DNA of 64,000 bases, from positions 26,288,001 to 26,352,000 of the forward strand of contig CM126208.1 in the NCBI GenBank assembly GCA_052327205.1, in the 5' to 3' direction. Of this stretch, positions 48,200 through 61,414 are shown piece after piece. A program made the translations under genes and the position numbers. The stretch comes from Somniosus microcephalus (taxonomy: Eukaryota). A model generated the notes under the pieces. The model was not told the origin of the DNA. It worked only from the letters and a program-made list of their open reading frames with translations, and searched no databases. The first letter of the stretch is position 1; the number at the start of each line of letters is the position of its first letter.

Positions 48200-50965
48200 C
48201 CCAAGGTATACATACACCGGAACCTGGAGGTGCCAAAGATGGTCAGCTCACCGAGCATCACCCCCAGGACCTGGATTCAGTGTAGGACCCGCTTCAGCGA
48301 CCTGACAAAAGCAGCAAGGATGAGTGCAACTCTTCATTTCTCCATTTCTCTCAGTAACACCTGGCAGCAGTCCTCCCCTGCATTACATCCTTCACCACCA
48401 ATGACAAGGGCACATGACACCATCACATTCTCATTCCAATCACACACATCTTGCTTGCTCCCTTCATAGCAACCACCAAACGGCATTCTGTTCTCGCATG
48501 GTAGCAATTGCAAAACAATTAACTCCTCTCACGGGTCCTTCCTCACTTCACACCCCAGCCACTTGCTTTCCATTCAACACCCCCCCCCCCCATCCTGCTT
48601 GCTTCTTCTCCCTCAGCAGATGCACTACATGCAGAAGCCCCACACGTGCACTTTCTTGTTCAGTAGCCGCTCATTAACTCTCACCCTCTCTTCCTGCAGG
48701 ACAAAACAGCGCACAACACAAAAGCAGAGGCGTAAGACTGGGAGAGCACCAAGCAGCAACATGGCCCTTGTCTAATGGAGCAGGAATCTCTGAAACCCAG
48801 TGGCTCTTCAAGAGCGATGTGCATTGGAGATGACGAGGCTGGTGGCTTATCTGATTAGGGTCTCTGCCTATTACTTGTACCACTTTATCTACCTCAAAAA
48901 AAAACAATCACACATTCAGCCAGCACGACAACTTCAGGCTGCATTGTGAAGCCTGTTATCTGCTACTGTCCAGCCTGTCAGCACCATGCTAACGTTTCTC
49001 CCTTTTCTCTACATCCTTCGCCAGAGCAAGACCCTCTCGAAGACACCACAGAAGAGAACAATCCTCCTGAAGATGCACCGTCGTGCACTTCATTCCTCCC
49101 GAATACTAGCAGAGAGACTGGCAGCCCAGGTGGGTTAGACAGTCAGTTAGAGGAGTCTGCACTGGAGAGCAGGAGTGGGTTACGGTGGCAGAGACAGCCC
49201 AGGACACGGCTGGCCGGAGGGCGAGGTCATCAACCAGCTCTGCTGAGCGGGTCAGAGATGCTGACTTCAAGGGTCCAGCCTTGGAAAGAAAATGGCTTGC
49301 ATCATGCAAGTGATTCTATGTGGTATTGGAGGGCCTACCATGGCGTTTCTGCACCGTAGCTGAATTTACAGAGCAGTCCACTTGCAGCTTGTCGTCCTGT
49401 TGCAAGGCACTCCACAGTCTACCTTGGACTTCGTGGCCACCTCCAGGGATGCTGCAGCCAGGCCCTCACACCAGGAGTCTGTTACAAGCCTTAGCAGGCT
49501 TTGATGGAAGCTGAAACGGTTGTCATCCAGACTCGGGGCTCTAACGTGTGCGCCACTTGGAGGGACTGATCGGCCACATGGGGTTTTCAAGGCACCACTC
49601 ATCTCCTAGTCTGCTCTCCCTCAGTTCAGTGGGAGTAATGAGCTGCAGCCCCCATGGGACTGGCAGTGTGGCGGCACGCGTTGCCTTCTCTCCAGATGTC
49701 AGCATGTCCACTCCCTCAGCAGCACCACCCCTACCATACTGCCAGAAAGCCAGTTGGACCGGACAGCCCCAGTAACAGCAGAAGAGCTAGTCTGCAGCCG
49801 GGCCCTTGATGGCTCGAGCTCGTGGAAGTCACTGGCCACGAGCATCTCAAGGGTCCCGACATGAGCAATAGCAAGCTTCCACCAGATTAGCTGATGCCAC
49901 AGGGAGAGAATCTGGTACGAGTAGTCAAGTTAGAAAACCTTCAGAAAGGCACCATGGGTTGACACTTGAGTGAGAAATAAATTCAAGGCAATTATTGTGT
50001 TTGGCATTAATCACCTTTGGCACTTTGGTCTGCAATGTCTTTTCATAGCAGCTTCTGAGTCTGCATCATCAGCAGGTCATTCATGTAAAAGTTGGCTGAA
50101 TGGTTTCAATGTTCTTTAATGCAGGATTAAGGGAATGGTAAAAGATGTAACAAGGACTGTTAATATAGAGGGTCTTTTGTGTAAATTTTATGGGGAAGGG
50201 AATGATCAGGTCACCGGAACTGTCGTGCCATCAACTGGTCCCTGGGATCTCTGGCTGCAATACGCTGCGCTGTGCTGGCCTCCTTCTTCGACACCCAAGC
50301 CTTCCTCGTCAGATGATGGCAACAGGTGCAATCTCTGGATTGCCAGGTTGTGGAACACGCAGCACACTACAACGATGCGGAAGACTTTCTCTGGAGGGGG
50401 TATTGTAGGGAGCCCCCAGACCTACCCAGGAACCTGAATCTTTGCTTCAACTGCCCGATAGTGTGCTCAATGATGGCAGGAATGACGTATGAGGAGAGAT
50501 TGGGTCGAATGGGCTTATACTCGCTGGAGTTTAGAAGAATGAGAGGGGATCTCATTGAAACTTATAAAATTTTAACAGGACTATACAGACTAGATGCAGG
50601 AAGGATGTTCCTGATGGCGGGGGCGTCCAGAACCAGGGGTCACAGTCTAAGGATAAGGGGTAAGCCATTTAGGACTGAGAGGAGGAGGAATTTCTTCACC
50701 CAGAGAGTGGTGAACCTGTGGAATTCTCTACCACAGAAGGCAGTGGAGGCCAAGTCATTAAATATATTCAAGAAGGAGTTAGATATATTTCTTAAGGCTA
50801 AAGGGATCAAGGGATATGGGGAGAAGGCAGGGACAGGGTACTGAGTTTGGATGATCAGCCATGATCTCATTGAATGGCGGAGCAGGCTCGAGGGGCCGAA
50901 TGGCCTACTCCTGCTCCTATCTTCTATGATGCTGCTGGTGGTCCCACGGCTCTGGTTGTACCCGA
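48200..50965. mobile_element. Degenerate PIF/Harbinger transposon (Myb/SANT-like gene on +, transposase end on -)
   Basis: PRTWIQCRTRFSDLTKAAR on +. YNQSRGTTSSI / IIEHTIGQLKQRFRFLGRSGGSLQY on -, split by a CR1. Confidence 0.65.
50472..50928 (+). mobile_element. CR1 3' fragment
   Basis: CR1 C-terminus; ATGATG at both junctions. Confidence 0.9.
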
Positions 50966-52931
50966 GATAACTGAGCATTGCAATGTTGTTAAAGTTTCAC
51001 ATCATAAATCAATTTGATAAAGTTGCAATACTTTTTTTTTTTTACGAGCTCCAAGCAGAGCTCAATATGCTGTTACCTCCCATCTATATTACTCAGAACC
51101 GCCATGTGTGTTATACAGTTCATGAGATCTCCGTACTATTGGTACAGTTTAGGGAGTCATCACTCACAGTTAAGGAGTCATAACCTCTTTCAGGCCAGTC
51201 TGTCTCCCACCAGCTGACCAGTGCAGCTGTTTAAAGGATAAAGTAAATGTGTTGGCTTCATCTCATGTTTGGATGCTGATGTGAGAGGAGTTGTGAAGCA
51301 AAAACAGACAAAAGAGAGTCTAGAAAATACAATTACTATTACTTTCAGTAGGGAAGAGACACGCTCTGTTATCTTCTGCTACATACAGCACAGCTCGATT
51401 ACAGCAAGTTCATGAATATTGCAGCATTCTAAAATTTGAATGAAACTAAAGCACTGTTCTCACTGAACGCGAACAGAGGCTGCACCTCATTTCAAACTTA
51501 AGTTTCTCTTGCACCTTCAGAATCCAAATTTAAAGTAGAATGCAGACACGTAAATTTAAGGGTGCTCCGTGAACACTTAGATGCCAAAAGCTTTGAAATG
51601 CATGGCAGACACTTGAAGAAAGTCACAATTAGCAACTTTATTTCTGGCTGCCATAACTTTCGCAGGTGGGGATGGTTAACGTCTGTACAGGCCAGTGATC
51701 ACAAAACCACATTCTGGCTTGTACAAGTGGATAGTGCCAATGTAGAAGAATCAACCAGCAGAATCTCTCTAGGTGACTCTTGACACCTCCAGAGATAGCA
51801 GCGCTGCCACTTAAAATCTGGGCTGCCATCAGCAAACAGTGCTGCAAGGTAGATGCAATTTTCACACAACTCTTGCTACAAAGTGTTAGACTTACCGTGA
51901 ATACGTACATGTAACATGTGCATTATTACACAATATTAACAATGACTGAACAGGAAATAAATGAGTGCAGTATTTCCAAATGAGAGAAACTGGAAATATT
52001 GACAATTAATATGACTAATAAGGTGAAATAAAACATGAAGAAATACAGCAGCATTGCCACGGAAACCAGATGCCAAAACTAGGGTTACATTCACTGAAAA
52101 CTGAAAAGAAAGAAATTAAGTAAAATATTTATGAAATTATAAATGAATTATTAACCCAGTTAACTTGTTACTTATTTCTGAGGCTCTTCCCCGAGAGTGG
52201 AAACCTCCTGTTTCTACGCTCAGAGCCTGCACCTGTTGGTCAAACGCACTGAATCTGCTCCTCAAACACATTGGGTCAGACTTTGCTGTGAGCAGCTAAC
52301 GACTTGCACTTGCCCATAGACTTTCTATGTGGTTTTCGCACGGCAAGCTACAATCAGCGGGACGTCCAAACAGCCCAAGCAAACCGTGCCTCTCCTTAAC
52401 CAATCAGATTGAAGAATCGTTAATGAGCAGCGCAGCGTCTAAACCAGGAAGTGCAAGTTAGAATCGTGAATTCAATGTCAAATCAGGTACAGAAAGCAAA
52501 AGTGAGGGGGAAAGAAAGATTGGATTAAGAGAACGAGATAAAAGAGAATGAGAGAAAATGTTAATTTTTTTAAAATCTTCAACATTAAAAGCTGAAGGAA
52601 TGAGACTCCACACTTGTAAAAGTTAATATTCAGTGCTCGAGAGGTTGTCTGGCAGCAATTAAGACTTGTCACACCATTAAAAGGGCACTTAGGCTGGAAT
52701 GGACAAGCTCTAACTTTCTGTGGCAAGTCTATCTATCATGCAAGTACAGGAACTTCACACCGTTCAATACATTTGAATGGGGAGCCAGGTGGCGAGATGC
52801 CGTTTTCGCAGAGCATACGGAGGAGTGATGCATCGCGGACGGCAACCTCCAGATTTTCGCGTCTAACTGCGAAGTTGTTGTCCGCTTTGTGCATAAATAA
52901 CGGTGAGCGCGGTTAGCTGTAATAGGGCAAT

Positions 52932-53434
52932 AGGAGGGAGTGCAGCGAAGATTCACCAGACTGATGCCTGGGATGGCAGGAATAACGTATGAGGAGAGAT
53001 TGGGTCGATTGGGCTTATACTCGCTGGTGTTTAGAAGAATGAGAGGGGATCTCATTGAAACTTATAAAGTTCTAACAGGACTAGACAGACTAGATGCAGG
53101 AAGGATGTTCCCGCTGGCAGGGGAGTCCAGAACCAGGGGTCACAGTCTAAGGGTAAGGGGTAAGCCATTTAGGACAGAGATGAGGAGGAATTTCTTCACC
53201 CAGACAGTGGTGAACATGTGGAATTCTATACCACAGAAGGCGTAGAGGCCAATTCATTAAATATATTCAAGAAGGAGTTGGATATATTTCTTAAGGCTAA
53301 AGGGATCAAGGGATATGGGGAGAAGGCAGGGACAGGGTACTGAGTTTGGATGATCAGCCATGATCTCATTAAATGGCGGAGCAGGCTCGAGGGGCCAAAT
53401 GGCTGACTCCTGCTCCTATCTTCTATGTTTCTAT
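52932..53434 (+). mobile_element. CR1 3' fragment
   Basis: ORF 52940-53245; TTTCTAT tail. Confidence 0.9.
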
Positions 53435-53753
53435 ACCATAATCACCACTTCAATTACATGTTCCTTACCTTCAAATTAAAATGTTTAAGATGCAGTGTCT
53501 GTGATAGGCTTTCAAGCCACAATACTACACACTAGCCTGCAAAATGGTTTGAAGTATGCGGTATCTAGATTACCACCTTTACAAATCACAACCTAAAGTA
53601 TTCTAGGCAAGGTTAATGAGAACTATTTGTAAATATATTACACTGTGGCGTAACGCTGAACAAATCATTAATATTTCAACACAGAAAATGTTGCCCCAAC
53701 TCTTTTAGAAAGAACTGAAGAGCACACTTTGACTGAAAAGGTTTGAATATATA

Positions 53754-54020
53754 CAGGAAACTTTTTTATCCAGCACTGACGGAACCGACATGGTGCCGGT
53801 TGATCAAAAAGTCCGGATTACAGAGAGGTATAGTTACCAAGGCACGAGAGCCCCATACATGGCCACAGGTGCAGGAACCCCGGTTACACGGCCACAGATC
53901 CAGGAACCCCGGTTACACGGCCACTAATATATAAGAAAACTTACCTGAACCTACTTCTGAATTTTGCCGGTTAAGAGAAATTTCCGGATATTTAAGTGCC
54001 GGTTAAGAGAGAGTTTCCTG
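53754..54020 (+). mobile_element. TA-targeting MITE, copy E
   Basis: TA|CAGGAAACT...AGTTTCCTG|TA; inverted sister of copy C with a different short internal repeat. Confidence 0.8.
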
Positions 54021-55629
54021 TAATTTCTTTTGTTAGAAAAAGTTTAATATGATCTAACTTCATTCAACAAAGTAAGAGTATGGGTCACAAATCCGCAAGG
54101 AGTACACTATTTTCAGGGGTGCATTAAAAAAGGTACCTTTCCCTCTTTCCAATGGCTTAGACAATAAATTGCACATTATTTAAGAGTTTACATCTGCTAC
54201 AATTACAAAAAAATGCTCAAACCAGTAGTAATTATTTTGATGCTTTTGCAAGTATCCCTTATAAAAGCGTACTGATCATCTAGTATTTGTAGATGTGCAA
54301 ACTATTAAGTGCTCAGAAGATCAACTTAAGTGTCTAAGTGAGGTTTAATACAAAAAATATTAACGGGATACACAGAAATATTAGAGACCCCTATTCTGCA
54401 TGTGTGTGTTAAAATTCATCAACTACTTTTCATGACACCGATTATAGATTTGCACCAATTCTGTTTGGCCTTTGTTGTCAGAAACAGCAATGTTCAGGTC
54501 CAATACTGCAGTTGTTATTCACAAGCCTTTAAGGGAGCTGAGAGATCACTAAATGGAGTGCAAGAGCAGGAAGGATTGCATGGATTAATATGGGGCACAA
54601 CTTGCAGAAGTAAAACAACTAGAGGCAGCGCCTGCCAACATGAGCTGGACATTGACGAGCAATAGTGAGCTGTGTGCTGCACTGGTACCAATGATCTCTA
54701 GATTGGGGATATAATGCCAAATAGGATATAAATCAACAATGGAAGAAATTAAGGGATGGAAAAAGTACATACTAATGTCTAGTTCGATAAAAAATACTCC
54801 ACGAATTCTTATCTGCTCTCATCTGAAGGCGCTGACTTTTAGCTGGGTACGATTCAAAGCTCACCCGTCCTTGGTACCAAGTGGCCATTTTTAAAAAAAA
54901 TGTGGGAGCCTCAACAGTGTAATATATATATTTTTTAAATCAGAATGCATTGTAATTACTGACTGACAAAATTGCATTGTGCAGAAATCATGCATTCCTA
55001 CTTCTCGCTTTTTTTCCTCCTTTTTTGGGCCCCCGAGTATTGGATTGGCTTAGGGAGGGCCACGACAGTCGAGTGCTCGCTAAACGAGAAGGTTTGAAAT
55101 TACACATTAGGACATATCTAGGCAGTATTTTGGCACTAAATCTCATTTTAAAAGGCGCTTATGCTGATCTTCGGAACTCTTATTTGCTTGCAAATCTACA
55201 AGTAATCACTCGCATATTTCAACCACTGTGCAAAAATACAACCAAGCTCTTTAAAGGGTTAAGTTTGACGTGTATTTTAAATGTGCATTTAGTTTTCCTT
55301 CTGCGAATTCACAAGATTAGAAGTTCAGCCCATTTTAGCTCATCAATCTCGAGTTCCCCCATGACGGCATCCAACTGTTTTTTAAATTACCCCAGCTCTT
55401 CCCTCCACTGCCCTACAATGAATCACATTCCAGTGTTAATCACTCATTATGAAGGAGAAGTTCCTGGCATCAGTCCTAATTTCCCATGCGCCAGTTTGAA
55501 CCTCTGCGTCTTTACATTACTTCCATGGCATACTATGATACATGTCTCTAAGCGCTCCCCACCGTTACTTTCTTTTATAGCTGAAAAGTCAACGTTTGCC
55601 CAATTTTTCTTTATAAATTAACTCTCGGA

Positions 55630-56080
55630 CACTGCCGTCCATCAGCCGCGCCATACGCAGGGGACCTCAGCTCCGGACCTCAGGCGCTAGGCAGGGGGAG
55701 GGGCCGGAGAGAGGGACAGAGGGGAGTGGGGGAGCGGGTGGGCGAGGGGAGGGAGGGAGACAGGGGAGGGGAGGGAGGGATAGGACAGGGAGAGGACATG
55801 ACAGGGAGAGGGGGACACACACAGGGGCAGGGAGACCAAGCGCCCCAAAATTGCCCTCGCAACGCGGGGCTCCCCAGCTAGTCTTATATAGTTTGAAATT
55901 TTACGTTGAAGGTGATTTGTAAAATCCTTACCGAAGAAACCCTCTGGCCTCGATTTTCCAATCGCACCTACCTAGAGCTGGCAGTAACGGCCAGTGGTTA
56001 AACAAGAACGATTGAAAATTCAAGGGTCCGGAGTCTCAGAGTCCAGTGCGGCGAGCGAAAGGAGTGAGTTTGTGTTGGAT
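55630..56080. promoter_or_regulatory. GC/CpG-rich promoter-like region with no assigned gene
   Basis: CpG cluster, purine-rich tract at 55690-55835, TATATAA on - near 55890, donor-like GTAAGG and GTAGGT on -. Confidence 0.4.
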
Positions 56081-56989
56081 ATTAGCCACTGGTTCAGTCC
56101 AGTCATATATTTACCATTAGAAGTCTGCTACTAACTAAATACACTGGCCTGGCTAATGCTCATTTCAAGAGGACAGAACAAATATTTCATGGCGCGTTCT
56201 TAACAGCTAAATCCTCCACCAGGATTTCTGTTCCGATCACTCCGAAACAGTTCCCACTGGAAAATGGACATATACGGGTGCTGGGTGAGGTCAGAATCAG
56301 GCTTGGATGCAATCCATCATTGAACAACCTGCTAACATTTGATGCGTGACCTCACAGTACAGAGTTATGGCTTGTCAAAGTGCATCTCAGCCCAAGTCAG
56401 AGGTTTCGGGAGAAATTGTGGACGTGGAGGGAAATAAGAAAGAGTTAAAGCAAGCTGTAGCAAAACACTGAAGCTTTGGTAAAGCATTATGATTTCAAGA
56501 CCTCTTTCCTTCCGTCTACCTTCCATTCAATGTAATTTAATTTAATTTAAGGGGGGCTGCAACAAAGATTTGCTGTGTGACACCTCAAATCAGCTAAAAT
56601 GGGCCAGATGCTTAGAAAGCAGATTTCAAGAATCACCACCGGCCTCATTTCCCTTCCCCAATCATGTTCTCATCTTCCCCTCTCCCCTCCAGATTATGAG
56701 CAATTATCCAAAGATTTTACCCTTCGATGTACAAAATGGCCAAAGCTTCCCTAAAGGGTGCGTCATTTCATCTTCCCATCAGGTGGCTGAAGTTTTTAAG
56801 GAAAACTGTCTGAATACACAAACTTGTATCTTTGACAGCAACCTAATCATATTGCTACAATAATACCACTAAAACTTCAGCTATTTTTCCTAGAAGTGTA
56901 ATTACTTTGGTTCCATTTGGAAAAAATGCACTACGATTTCCCTCATTTTTGATACAGTATTACAATAGGGAAAGTTTTTTTTAAATTCA

Positions 56990-57330
56990 TTCACGGGATG
57001 TGGGTGTCATGAGCAAAGCCAGCATTATTGTCCATCCCTAATTGCCCTTGAGAAGGTGGTGGTGAGCTGCTTTCTTGAATACAACTGAATGACTTGCTAG
57101 GCCATTTCATAGGGGCAGTTAAGAGTCAACCACATTGCTGTGAGTCTGGAGTCACATATAGGCCAGACCGGGTAAGGATGGCAGATTTCCTTCCCTAAAG
57201 GGCCTTGGTGAGCCAGATATGTTTTTACGACAATCCGGTAGTTTCATGGTCACCATTACGGATACTTGCTTTTTTATTCCAGATTTATTTAATTAACTGA
57301 ATTTAAATTCCCCAGCTGCCGAGATGGGAT
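56990..57330 (-). mobile_element. SINE family B
   Basis: Homologous to 45808-46200. Confidence 0.72.
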
Positions 57331-57529
57331 TGCCCAGTAGAAGGCTTGTTGAATGTACACAGTTTTTGCTACTGCATCCTGCACCAAGGAATGATAATGC
57401 CACATCAGTATACCTACGGTTTTTCCACTTGCCATTCTCCTGACCTCAACCATGCAGTCTGGAAAAAAGGTAGCAGGTGCTTTATCCATGAGGAAAGTGG
57501 GAGGAAAAAGTATTTCACCCCAGCATTTT

Positions 57530-57930
57530 TAGGGGAAACTATAAGACTACTTGACTCATTGAAACATACAAGATTCTGAATGGGATTGACAGGATAGATG
57601 TGGAGAGGTTGTATCCCCTGGCTGGAGAGTCTAGAACGAGGGGGAATAGTCTCAGGATAAGGGGTCGGCCTTTTAAGATGGAGATGAGGAGGAATTTCTT
57701 CCCTTAGAGGGTTGTGAATCTCTGGAATTCTGTCCCAAGGAGCTGTGGATGCTCAGTCGTTGAGTATATTCAAGGCTGAGATCGATAGATTTTTGAACAC
57801 TGGAGGAATCGAGGGATATGGGGATCAGGTGGGAAAGCGGAGGCGAGGTCGAGGATCAGCCATGATCTTATTGAATGGCGGAGCAGGCTTAAGGGACCGT
57901 ATGGCCTACTCCTGCTCCAAATTCTTACAT
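57530..57930 (+). mobile_element. CR1 3' fragment
   Basis: AQSLSIFKAEIDRFL...GYGD. Confidence 0.82.
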
Positions 57931-57984
57931 TCTCATACACTTTTTGTTTTATTTTTATTTCAAGTATTTTTATTCTCCCCCTCC

Positions 57985-60052
57985 TTCTTCTTAGGCAGTC
58001 CCTCGGAACTGAGGATGACTTGCTTCCACATTAAAAGTGAGTTCGCAGGTGACTGCTGAGTCCAATGCGGGACCTACAGTTTCTGTCACAGGTGGGGCAG
58101 ATGGTGGTTGAAGGGGTGGGTGGGTGGGGTGCTTGGGTTGATGTGCGCTCCTTGCGCTGCCTGCGCTTGCTCCCGGCGAAGAGACTCGAGGTGTTCAGCG
58201 CCTTCCCGGATGCTTCTCCACTTTGTGCGGTCTTGGGCCATGGATTCCCAGGTGTCGGTGGGGATGTTACAATTTTTCAAGGAGGCTTTGAGGGTGTCCT
58301 TGAAGCATTTCCTCTGCCCACCTGGGGCTCGGTTGCCATGCCGGAGCTCCGAGTAGAGCGCTTGTTTTGGGAGTCTCGTATCGGGCATGCGGACAATGTG
58401 ACCCACCCATCGGAGCTGATCAAGCGTGGTCAAAGCTTTGATGCTGGGGATGTTGGCCTGAGCAAGAACACGGACGTTGGTGTGCCTATCCTGTCAATGG
58501 ATTTGCAGGATCTTGCGGAGGTAGCGTTGGTGGTACCTCTCCAGTGCTTTGAGGTGCCTGCTCTACATGGTCCATGTCTCTGTGGCATACAGCAGGGCAG
58601 CTATCACTGCTGCTCTGTAGACCATGAGCTTAGTGCCGGGTTTGAGGTCCTGGTCTTCAAACACTCTCTTCCTCAGGCGGCCGAAGGCTGCACTGGCACA
58701 CTGACGGTGGTGTTGGACTTCGTCGTCGACGTCTGCCCTTGTTGACAGTAGGCTCCCGAGGTATGGAAAGTGGTCCACGTTGTCCAAGGCCTCGACATGG
58801 ATTTTGATAATCGGGGGGCAGTACTGTGTGGCGGGGGCAGGTTGGTAGAGGACCTTTGTCTTACGGATGTTTAGTGTAAGGCCTATGCTCTCGTACACTT
58901 CAGTGTAGGTGTTGACGATGGTTTGGAGTTTGACCTCAGTGAGCGCTGACGCAAGCGTCGTCTGCATACTGTCATTCGACGACAGAGGATGGGACGACCT
59001 TGGATCTGGACTGGAGGCGACAGAGGTTGAACAGTTACCAGTTTGTTCTGTAAATTAGCTCCACTCCAGTGGGGAGCTTACGGAGGGTGAGATGGAGCAT
59101 TGCTGCAAGGAAGATCGAGAAGAGCGTTGGTGCGATGACACAGCCTTGCTTGACCCCAGTTTGTACGTGAATTGGGTCTGTGGTGGAACCGTTAGTCAGG
59201 ATCACGGCTTGCATGTCGTCGTGAAGCAGGCGGAGGATAGTGACAAACTTTTGAGGGCAGCCGAATTTGAGGACACTACTCCTAATCCCTCACGGTTGAC
59301 AGTGTCGAAGGCCTTTGTGAGATCAAAGGCGGCCATGTACAGCGGTTGGTGCTGTTCCCTGCATTTCTCTTGTAATTGACGTGCGGTGAAGATCATGTCC
59401 ATTGTGCCCTTTAGTGGGCGGAATCCGCATTGCGACTCTGGGAGGAGCTCTTCAGCCACTGGGAGAAGGCGATTGAGGAGGATTCTTGCGATGACTTTCC
59501 CTGTGGCAGACAGCAGGGAAACTCCTCTGTAATTACCGCAATCGGACTTGTCACCTTTCTTGAAGATGGTCACAATTACAGCGTCTGAGATCCCCTGGCA
59601 TGCTCTCCTCCTTCCAGATAAGAGAAATGAGTTCATGAATTCCCGCCAGTAGTGCTTCTCCGCCATGTTTTAGTGCCTCGGCGGGGATTCCATCTGCTCA
59701 TGAGGCCTTGTTGTTCTTCAGTTGTCGGATGGCCTTTTCAACCTCATGCCGGGCTGGGGTTGTGCCGAGGTGGTGGCGGGTTGCGTGCTGTGGGATGGAG
59801 TTGAGGACACTCGTGTCGAAGACAGAGTCGTGGTTAAGGAGATCTTCGAAGTGCTCCTTCCAGCGGGCACTGACTGCCTCTCTGTCCTTGATGTGTACCT
59901 CTCCGTTCTTGGCCCGCAGTGGGGAAGAGCCTTGGGTGCTTCGGCCGTTGATGATCTTGACTGCGCTAAAGAATCCACACACGTCGTGGCTGTCGGCTAG
60001 CTGCTGGATCTCCTGCGCGTTCTCCGCCCACCATCTGTTCTTTAGGTCGCGA
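57985..60052 (-). mobile_element. RTE-clade (BovB-related) LINE, 5'-truncated and frameshifted
   Basis: ARWKEHFEDLLN, KKGDKSDCGNYRGVSLLS, LPESQCGFRP, DLTKAFD, FPYLGS, LRWVGHIVRMPDTRLPKQ; same 3' end as 33705-34153. Confidence 0.92.
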
Positions 60053-61062
60053 GTTTTTTTGTTGGACCATTTACAACAAAAACCGGGTCCAGTCCTCACC
60101 TGATGTTTGTTTCCAATAATCAACTTCAGTGGTTAAAAGGAACCTCACCTATGGCTTTGCACTTCACTAGTGGATTAAGCTAACTGGTTCTGAAAAATAT
60201 GCCAATTTAATTCAGTTTCAACCCAGATAGGTCAAACTTTACAAGTTCTTGCTCAAACCAGTCACAGTACCCAAAATGTGAAAGCCGTGCATATAAAATC
60301 ATCAAAATAATGAAGACCGTTGTGGCCGTGGTGTAGCTGCAGAAGCTCTCTGCCATTTGATCTATCCATTTTTTCCCCAATTCGACAAGAACTACAATAG
60401 TGAACCTCGCTAAATGCATGTCAGCTGGATCAAAGATTTTAACAACACTGACACAATTTTCAGATGCAATTGCTTTTATGGTACTAAAATATGCCTAGAA
60501 CATAGAAAATTCTTCATATATGGGACTACAACATCAGTCCTACACGAGAAGAAAAAACAGAATGAGAAATGGAACTATCAAATGTCCACAGTTCACATGC
60601 ATACTAAAGAGTTCATGAAAAGGAACAGGAAGCGAGTGCACATCCAGTACATGAAAGCAAGTATTACCTGCAAATGTGCCTCCGGTCACATTCAGGAATG
60701 AGGCGGGGGGGGGGGGGGGGAAAGCAACCTTTACTCTTCAATACAAAATTGTAACGACAGTACTGGATATCCTTAATGCATTACATATTGCTTATGGTTG
60801 TCAGTTATTACTCAAGTATAAATTATTGATACATTCCATTTTTAGCCCAAGGCTTACAACTTCCCCCCCCCCCCCCTCCATGGGATTGAAAAAAAATAAC
60901 TGGTCCAAGAACTGGAATTTTCTCTTTTTGTAAAAAAAAATGGAGCCACGCAAAAAATGGTCTGAACTCCACTGGACACATCAATAATAAATAGGAAATT
61001 GTAATGGGCAATACCAGATTTCCACCACTAAAGAATGCTAATGCATTGACAGAGCTCACCAA

Positions 61063-61251
61063 CAGTGTTCCAGCTAAGCTGCACAGATGCTCAGTCATCT
61101 GGAGGGTCCCGTATGGGCCGCTCACTGGCTTTTCCATTGTAGATACTGCGCATGCGCAGAAATTTGAATGGGCCGCGCATTGAGGGGGGGGGGGGGGGGT
61201 GGGGGGAAGTCAGTGCAGCTTACGGGGGGGGGGGGGGGGGGGGTGACATTG
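61063..61251. mobile_element. hAT-type MITE
   Basis: CAGTGT...ACATTG ends, sub-terminal TAAGCTGCAC/GTGCAGCTTA, 8-bp TSD CTCACCAA/CTCACTAA. Confidence 0.7.
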
Positions 61252-61414
61252 CTCACTAATCATATCTTGCGGCAATGTTAGAGTATTGCAAGAGTACATT
61301 GGAGCGCAGGTCTGCACAATTTACGTCGTCAGGTCCTGGACCAGTAAGTTTACAACAACCCCTCATTTTATAATGTGATGCGTCGTCTCCAGTACAAAGA
61401 TACAATAGAATGAA

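Noticed and set aside
51230-51310. H/ACA snoRNA on the - strand
   Set aside because: Only one weak hairpin before an ACA; no H box or first hairpin found.
54977-55621. 214-aa + strand ORF
   Set aside because: No ATG start and no recognisable domain; it partly overlaps an antisense decayed CR1 fragment.
58065-58745. 226-aa + strand ORF
   Set aside because: Antisense shadow of the RTE ORF.
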